In this document: one piece after another, positions 55,121 to 64,000 of the stretch
How positions within the stretch are numbered: position 1 is the stretch's first letter
Layout: every line of letters begins with the position of its first letter
Source of the DNA: Auanema rhodensis
Taxonomy: Eukaryota; Animalia; Nematoda
NCBI GenBank assembly: GCA_964057225.1
Contig: OZ059900.1
Location: 3,286,001-3,350,000, forward strand
Reading direction: 5' to 3'
DNA: 64,000 bases
Program-made: the position numbers and the translations under genes
The notes under the pieces: model-generated
What the model was told of the DNA's origin: nothing
What the model saw: the letters and a program-made list of their open reading frames with translations, nothing else
The model's database searches: none

Positions 55121-58100
55121 TAAAAATAGACTGATTTTGTGTATTGTGTGTTTGATTCTCAAATCTTAACAAATATGATCAAAATTTACAAGTATTACAG
55201 ATTTTGTACCAAAAATCGGTGAGTATATGGTGTTAAAGGCATAAAAACGACCATACTTAGTGTAGTAATGCTATTTGAGCGAAATTTAGTGATTTAAACA
55301 TCATTAGTGTTTAACTAATGACTTTTGTTGTCATAGACAATAAAACTATGCTTCTGATCATATATATGAGCGATTTAGCCGAATTAGACTCAAAACTCGT
55401 AAATTTCAAAAATTCTTTCTATTTTCGACCTTTTTTGATCAAAATGAATATATATCAGTGCATGCTCATAAAAATAGACTTATTTCGTGTATTGTGTGTT
55501 TGATTCTCAAATCTTAACGAATATGATCAAAATTTACGAGTATTACAGATTTTGTAATAAAAATCGGTGAGTATATGGTGTTAAAGGCATAAAAACGACC
55601 ATACTTAGTGTAGTAATGCTATTTGAGCGAAAATCAGTATTTAAACATCACTAGCGTTTAATTGATGACTTTTGTTGTTATAGACAATAAAACTATGCTT
55701 TTGATCATATATATGAGCGATTTAGCCAAATTCGACTCAAAACTCGGACATTTCCAAAATTCTTTCTATTTTCGACCTTTTTTGATCAAAATGAATATAT
55801 ATCAGTGCATGCTCATAAAAATAGACTGATTTTGTGTATTGTATGTTTGATTCTCAAATCTTAACGAATATGATCAAAATTTACGAGTATTACAGATTTT
55901 GTACCAAAAATCGGTGAGTATATGGTGTTAAAGGCATAAAAACGACCATACTTAGTGTAGTAATGCTATTTGAGCGAAATTCAGTATTTAAACATCACTA
56001 GCGTTTAATTAATGACTTTTGTTGTTATAGACAATAAAACTATGCTTTTGATCATATATATGAGCGATTTAGCCAAATTGGACTCAAAACTCGGAAATTT
56101 CAAAAATTCTTTCTATTTTCGACCTTTTTTGATCAAAATGAATATATATCAGTGCAAGCTCATAAAAATAGACTGATTTTGTGTATTGTGTGTTTGATTC
56201 TCAAATCTTAACGAATATGATCAAAATTTACGAGTATTACAGATTTTGTACCAAAAATCGGTGAGTATATGGTGTTAAAGGCATAAAAACGACCATACTT
56301 AGTGTAGTAATGCTATTTGAGCGAAATTTAGTGATTTAAACATCATTAGTGTTTAATTAATGACTTTTGTTGTCATAGACAATAAAACTATGCTTTTGAT
56401 CATATATATGAGCGATTTAGCCAAATTGGACTCAAAACTCGGAAAATTCAAAAATTCTTTCTATTTTCGACCTTTTTTGATCAAAATGAATATATATCAG
56501 TGCAAACTCATAAAAATAAACTGATTTTGTTTATTGTGTTTTTGATTTTCAAATCTTAACGAATATGATCAAAATTTACGAGTATTACAGATTTTGTACC
56601 AAAAATCGGTGAGTATATGGTGTTAAAGGCATAAAAACGACCATACTTAGTGTAGTAATGCTATTTGAGCGAAATTCAGTATTAAAACATCACTAGCGTT
56701 TAATTGATGACTTTTGTTGTTATAGACAATAAAACTATGCTTTTGATCATATATATGAGCGATTCAGCCAAATTGGACTCAAAACTCGGAAATTTCAAAA
56801 ATTCTTTCTATTTTCGACCTTTTTTGATCAAAATGAATCTATATCAGTGCAAGCTCATAAAAATAGACTGATTTTGTGTATTGTGTGTTTGATTCTCAAA
56901 TCTTAACGAATATGATCAAAATTTACGAGTATTACAGATTTTGTACCAAAAATCGGTGAGTATATGGTGTTAAAGGCATAAAAACGACCATACTTAGTGT
57001 AGTAATGCTATTTGAGCGAAATTTAGTGATTTAAACATCATTAGTGTTTAATTAATGACTTTTGTTGTCATAGACAATAAAACTATGCTTTTGATCATAT
57101 ATATGAGCGATTTAGCCAAATTGGACTCAAAACTCGGAAATTTCAAAAATTCTTTCTATTTTCGACCTTTTTTGATCAAAATGAATATATATCAGTGCAA
57201 GCTCATAAAAATAGACTGATTTCGTGTATTGTGTGTTTGATTCTCAAATCTTAACGAATATGATCAAAATTTACGAGTATTACAGATTTTGTAATAAAAA
57301 TCGGTGAGTATATGGTGTTAAAGGCATAAAAACGACCATACTTAGTGTAGTAATGCTATTTGAGCGAAAATCAGTATTTAAACATCACTAGCGTTTAATT
57401 GATGACTTTTGTTGTTATAGACAATAAAACTATGCTTTTGATCATATATATGAGCGATTTAGCCAAATTCGACTCAAAACTCGGACATTTCCAAAATTCT
57501 TTCTATTTTCGACCTTTTTTGATCAAAATGAATATATATCAGTGCAAACTCATAAAAATAGACTGATTTTGTGTATTGTGTGTTTGATTCTCAAATCTTA
57601 ACAAACATGATCAAAATTTACAAGTATTACAGATTTTATACCAAAAATCGGTGAGTATATGGTGTTAAAGGCATAAAAACGACCATACTTAGTGTAGTAA
57701 TGCTATTTGAGCGAAATTCAGTATTAAAACATCACTAGCGTTTAATTGATGACTTTTGTTGTTATAGACAATAAAACTATGCTTTTGATCATATATATGA
57801 GCGATTTAGCCAAATTGGACTCAAAACTCGGACATTTCCAAAATTCTTTCTATTTTCGACCTTTTTTGATCAAAATGAATATATATCAGTGCAAACTCAT
57901 AAAAATAGACTGATTTTGTGTATTGTGTGTTTGATTCTCAAATCTTAACAAATATGATCAAAATTTACAAGTATTACAGATTTTGTACCAAAAATCGGTG
58001 AGTATATGGTGTTAAAGGCATAAAAACGACCATACTTAGTGTAGTAATGCTATTTGAGCGAAATTTAGTGATTTAAACATCATTAGTGTTTAACTAATGA

Positions 58101-61040
58101 CTTTTGTTGTCATAGACAATAAAACTATGCTTCTGATCATATATATGAGCGATTTAGCCGAATTAGACTCAAAACTCGTAAATTTCAAAAATTCTTTCTA
58201 TTTTCGACCTTTTTTGATCAAAATGAATATATATCAGTGCATGCTCATAAAAATAGACTTATTTCGTGTATTGTGTGTTTGATTCTCAAATCTTAACGAA
58301 TATGATCAAAATTTACGAGTATTACAGATTTTGTAATAAAAATCGGTGAGTATATGGTGTTAAAGGCATAAAAACGACCATACTTAGTGTAGTAATGCTA
58401 TTTGAGCGAAAATCAGTATTTAAACATCACTAGCGTTTAATTGATGACTTTTGTTGTTATAGACAATAAAACTATGCTTTTGATCATATATATGAGCGAT
58501 TTAGCCAAATTCGACTCAAAACTCGGACATTTCCAAAATTCTTTCTATTTTCGACCTTTTTTGATCAAAATGAATATATATCAGTGCATGCTCATAAAAA
58601 TAGACTGATTTTGTGTATTGTATGTTTGATTCTCAAATCTTAACGAATATGATCAAAATTTACGAGTATTACAGATTTTGTACCAAAAATCGGTGAGTAT
58701 ATGGTGTTAAAGGCATAAAAACGACCATACTTAGTGTAGTAATGCTATTTGAGCGAAATTCAGTATTTAAACATCACTAGCGTTTAATTAATGACTTTTG
58801 TTGTTATAGACAATAAAACTATGCTTTTGATCATATATATGAGCGATTTAGCCAAATTGGACTCAAAACTCGGAAATTTCAAAAATTCTTTCTATTTTCG
58901 ACCTTTTTTGATCAAAATGAATATATATCAGTGCAAGCTCATAAAAATAGACTGATTTTGTGTATTGTGTGTTTGATTCTCAAATCTTAACGAATATGAT
59001 CAAAATTTACGAGTATTACAGATTTTGTACCAAAAATCGGTGAGTATATGGTGTTAAAGGCATAAAAACGACCATACTTAGTGTAGTAATGCTATTTGAG
59101 CGAAATTTAGTGATTTAAACATCATTAGTGTTTAATTAATGACTTTTGTTGTCATAGACAATAAAACTATGCTTTTGATCATATATATGAGCGATTTAGC
59201 CAAATTGGACTCAAAACTCGGAAAATTCAAAAATTCTTTCTATTTTCGACCTTTTTTGATCAAAATGAATATATATCAGTGCAAACTCATAAAAATAAAC
59301 TGATTTTGTTTATTGTGTTTTTGATTTTCAAATCTTAACGAATATGATCAAAATTTACGAGTATTACAGATTTTGTACCAAAAATCGGTGAGTATATGGT
59401 GTTAAAGGCATAAAAACGACCATACTTAGTGTAGTAATGCTATTTGAGCGAAATTCAGTATTAAAACATCACTAGCGTTTAATTGATGACTTTTGTTGTT
59501 ATAGACAATAAAACTATGCTTTTGATCATATATATGAGCGATTCAGCCAAATTGGACTCAAAACTCGGAAATTTCAAAAATTCTTTCTATTTTCGACCTT
59601 TTTTGATCAAAATGAATCTATATCAGTGCAAGCTCATAAAAATAGACTGATTTTGTGTATTGTGTGTTTGATTCTCAAATCTTAACGAATATGATCAAAA
59701 TTTACGAGTATTACAGATTTTGTACCAAAAATCGGTGAGTATATGGTGTTAAAGGCATAAAAACGACCATACTTAGTGTAGTAATGCTATTTGAGCGAAA
59801 TTTAGTGATTTAAACATCATTAGTGTTTAATTAATGACTTTTGTTGTCATAGACAATAAAACTATGCTTTTGATCATATATATGAGCGATTTAGCCAAAT
59901 TGGACTCAAAACTCGGAAATTTCAAAAATTCTTTCTATTTTCGACCTTTTTTGATCAAAATGAATATATATCAGTGCAAGCTCATAAAAATAGACTGATT
60001 TCGTGTATTGTGTGTTTGATTCTCAAATCTTAACGAATATGATCAAAATTTACGAGTATTACAGATTTTGTAATAAAAATCGGTGAGTATATGGTGTTAA
60101 AGGCATAAAAACGACCATACTTAGTGTAGTAATGCTATTTGAGCGAAAATCAGTATTTAAACATCACTAGCGTTTAATTGATGACTTTTGTTGTTATAGA
60201 CAATAAAACTATGCTTTTGATCATATATATGAGCGATTTAGCCAAATTCGACTCAAAACTCGGACATTTCCAAAATTCTTTCTATTTTCGACCTTTTTTG
60301 ATCAAAATGAATATATATCAGTGCAAACTCATAAAAATAGACTGATTTTGTGTATTGTGTGTTTGATTCTCAAATCTTAACAAATATGATCAAAATTTAC
60401 AAGTATTACAGATTTTATACCAAAAATCGGTGAGTATATGGTGTTAAAGGCATAAAAACGACCATACTTAGTGTAGTAATGCTATTTGAGCGAAATTCAG
60501 TATTAAAACATCACTAGCGTTTAATTGATGACTTTTGTTGTTATAGACAATAAAACTATGCTTTTGATCATATATATGAGCGATTTAGCCAAATTGGACT
60601 CAAAACTCGGACATTTCCAAAATTCTTTCTATTTTCGACCTTTTTTGATCAAAATGAATATATATCAGTGCAAACTCATAAAAATAGACTGATTTTGTGT
60701 ATTGTGTGTTTGATTCTCAAATCTTAACAAATATGATCAAAATTTACAAGTATTACAGATTTTGTACCAAAAATCGGTGAGTATATGGTGTTAAAGGCAT
60801 AAAAACGACCATACTTAGTGTAGTAATGCTATTTGAGCGAAATTTAGTGATTTAAACATCATTAGTGTTTAACTAATGACTTTTGTTGTCATAGACAATA
60901 AAACTATGCTTCTGATCATATATATGAGCGATTTAGCCGAATTAGACTCAAAACTCGTAAATTTCAAAAATTCTTTCTATTTTCGACCTTTTTTGATCAA
61001 AATGAATATATATCAGTGCATGCTCATAAAAATAGACTGA
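53800..61040 (+). repeat. Higher-order repeat, 8-monomer period (2779 bp, ~2.6 copies)
   Basis: GCCGAATTAG at 55378, 58157 and 60936. The AATCTATA variant base at 54060, 56839 and 59618. Identical short ORFs at 55318 and 58097. Confidence 0.88.
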
Positions 61041-63550
61041 TTTTGTGTATTGTATGTTTGATTCTCAAATCTTAACGAATATGATCAAAATTTACGAGTA
61101 TTACAGATTTTGTACCAAAAATCGGTGAGTATATGGTGTTAAAGGCATAAAAACGACCATACTTAGTGTAGTAATGCTATTTGAGCGAAATTTAGTGATT
61201 TAAACATCATTAGTGTTTAATTAATGACTTTTGTTGTCATAGACAATAAAACTATGCTTTTGATCATATATATGAGCGATTTAGCCAAATTGGACTCAAA
61301 ACTCGGAAATTTCAAAAATTCTTTCTATTTTCGACCTTTTTTGATCAAAATGAATATATATCAGTGCAAGCTCATAAAAATAGACTGATTTCGTGTATTG
61401 TGTGTTTGATTCTCAAATCTTAACGAATATGATCAAAATTTACGAGTATTACAGATTTTGTAATAAAAATCGGTGAGTATATGGTGTTAAAGGCATAAAA
61501 ACGACCATACTTAGTGTAGTAATGCTATTTGAGCGAAAATCAGTATTTAAACATCACTAGCGTTTAATTGATGACTTTTGTTGTTATAGACAATAAAACT
61601 ATGCTTTTGATCATATATATGAGCGATTTAGCCAAATTGGACTCAAAACTCGGACATTTCCAAAATTCTTTCTATTTTCGACCTTTTTTGATCAAAATGA
61701 ATATATATCAGTGCAAACTCATAAAAATAGACTGATTTTGTGTATTGTGTGTTTGATTCTCAAATCTAAACAAATATGATCAAAATTTACAAGTATTACA
61801 GATTTTGTACCAAAAATCGGTGAGTATATGGTGTTAAAGGCATAAAAACGACCATACTTAGTGTAGTAATGCTATTTGAGCGAAATTTAGTGATTTAAAC
61901 ATCATTAGTGTTTAACTAATGACTTTTGTTGTCATAGACAATAAAACTATGCTTCTGATCATATATATGAGCGATTTAGCCAAATTAGACTCAAAACTCG
62001 TAAATTTCAAAAATTCTTTCTATTTTCGACCTTTTTTGATCAAAATGAATATATATCAGTGCATGCTCATAAAAATAGACTGATTTTGTGTATTGTATGT
62101 TTGATTCTCAAATCTTAACGAATATGATCAAAATTTACGAGTATTACAGATTTTGTACCAAAAATCGGTGAGTATATGGTGTTAAAGGCATAAAAACGAC
62201 CATACTTAGTGTAGTAATGCTATTTGAGCGAAATTCAGTATTTAAACATCACTAGCGTTTAATTAATGACTTTTGTTGTTGTAGACAATAAAACTATGCT
62301 TTTGATCATATATATGAGCGATTTAGCCAAATTGGACTCAAAACTCGGAAATTTCAAAAATTCTTTCTATTTTCGACCTTTTTTGATCAAAATGAATATA
62401 TATCAGTGCAAGCTCATAAAAATAGACTGATTTTGTGTATTGTGTGTTTGATTCTCAAATCTTAACAAATATGATCAAAATTTACGAGTATTACAGATTT
62501 TGTACCAAAAATCGGTGAGTATATGGTGTTAAAGGCATAAAAACGACCATACTTAGTGTAGTAATGCTATTTGAGCGAAATTTAGTGATTTAAACATCAT
62601 TAGTGTTTAATTAATGACTTTTGTTGTCATAGACAATAAAACTATGCTTTTGATCATATATATGAGCGATTTAGCCAAATTGGACTCAAAACTCGGAAAT
62701 TTCAAAAATTCTTTCTATTTTCGACCTTTTTTGATCAAAATGAATATATATCAGTGCAAGCTCATAAAAATAGACTGATTTTGTGTATTGTGTGTTTGAT
62801 TCTCAAATCTTAACGAATATGATCAAAATTTACGAGTATTACAGATTTTGTAATAAAAATCGGTGAGTATATGGTGTTAAAGGCATAAAAACGACCATAC
62901 TTAGTGTAGTAATGCTATTTGAGCGAAAATCAGTATTTAAACATCACTAGCGTTTAATTGATGACTTTTGTTGTTATAGACAATAAAACTATGCTTTTGA
63001 TCATATATATGAGCGATTTAGCCAAATTCGACTCAAAACTCGGACATTTCCAAAATTCTTTCTATTTTCGACCTTTTTTGATCAAAATGAATATATATCA
63101 GTGCAAACTCATAAAAATAGACTGATTTTGTGTATTGTGTGTTTGATTCTCAAATCTTAACAAATATGATCAAAATTTACAAGTATTACAGATTTTGTAC
63201 CAAAAATCGGTGAGTATATGGTGTTAAAGGCATAAAAACGACCATACTTAGTGTAGTAATGCTATTTGAGCGAAAATCAGTATTTAAACATCACTAGCGT
63301 TTAATTGATGACTTTTGTTGTTATAGACAATAAAACTATGCTTTTGATCATATATATGAGCGATTTAGCCAAATTCGACTCAAAACTCGGACATTTCCAA
63401 AATTCTTTCTATTTTCGACCTTTTTTGATCAAAATGAATATATATCAGTGCAAACTCATAAAAATAGACTGATTTTGTGTATTGTGTGTTTGATTCTCAA
63501 ATCTTAACAAATATGATCAAAATTTACAAGTATTACAGATTTTGTACCAA

Positions 63551-64000
63551 AAGATTTGAGAATCAAACATACAATACACAAAATCAGTCTATTTTTATGA
63601 GCTTGCACTGATATATATTCATTTTGATCAAAAAAGGTCGAAAAAAGAAAGAATTTTTGAAATTTCCGAGTTTTGAGTCTAATTTGGCTAAATCGCTCAT
63701 ATATATGATCAGAAGCATAGTTTTATTGTCTATAACAACAAAAGTCATCAATTAAACGCTAGTGATGTTTTAATACTGATTTTCGCTCAAATAGCATTAC
63801 TACACTAAGTATGGTCGTTTTTATGCCTTTAACACCATATACTCACCGATTTTTGGTACAAAATCTGTAATACTCGTAAATTTTGATCATATTCGTTAAG
63901 ATTTGAAAATCAAACACACAATAAACAAAATCAGTTTCTTTTTATGAGTTTGCACTGATATATATTCATTTTGATCAAAAAAGGTCGAAAATAGAAAGAA
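63551..64000 (-). repeat. Inverted block of the same satellite (~1.3 monomers; runs off the window end)
   Basis: From 63551 the sequence AAGATTTGAGAATCAAAC... is the reverse complement of ...GTTTGATTCTCAAATCTT (monomer position 31 backwards). The reverse unit recurs at ~63898. Confidence 0.97.

Larger units (their letters stand above)
10299..63552 (+). repeat. Satellite DNA array, 347/348-bp monomer, same orientation (~153 monomers)
   Basis: Continuous head-to-tail copies of the same unit. I saw no other non-satellite sequence. Confidence 0.99.

Noticed and set aside
55318-58282. Two identical 61-aa ORFs (55318-55503, 58097-58282)
   Set aside because: A TGA>TTA variant copied by the 8-monomer duplication; these are HOR markers, not genes.
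63505-63600. Fold-back chimeric-read explanation for the inversion
   Set aside because: The inverted arm differs from the adjacent forward monomer at several diagnostic sites, so it is not its mirror image. A contig mis-join still cannot be excluded without reads.
1-64000. CRISPR array, or rRNA/tRNA/5S/snRNA tandem gene cluster
   Set aside because: No unique spacers, and no recognisable structural-RNA sequence or Pol III A/B boxes in the monomer.

Overview
Eukaryotic satellite DNA. About 98% of the window is one AT-rich (~29% GC in the first monomer) tandem array of a 347/348-bp monomer, roughly 180 copies, differing by only a few percent and organised into local higher-order duplications of about 2-12 monomers. 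Two events break the array. (1) A single, apparently intact 1,303-bp Tc1/mariner-superfamily DNA transposon (8996-10298) with perfect 26-bp TIRs, a TA target-site duplication and an uninterrupted 346-aa DD37D (maT-type) transposase. (2) A strand switch at ~63551, after which the satellite runs on the minus strand and comes from a different haplotype lineage. The monomer looks like an old, diverged dimer of ~179 + ~169 bp halves and is rich in short palindromes and hairpins. No host genes, RNA genes or CRISPR arrays are supported. The host is probably an invertebrate, possibly a nematode, but that is inference only.
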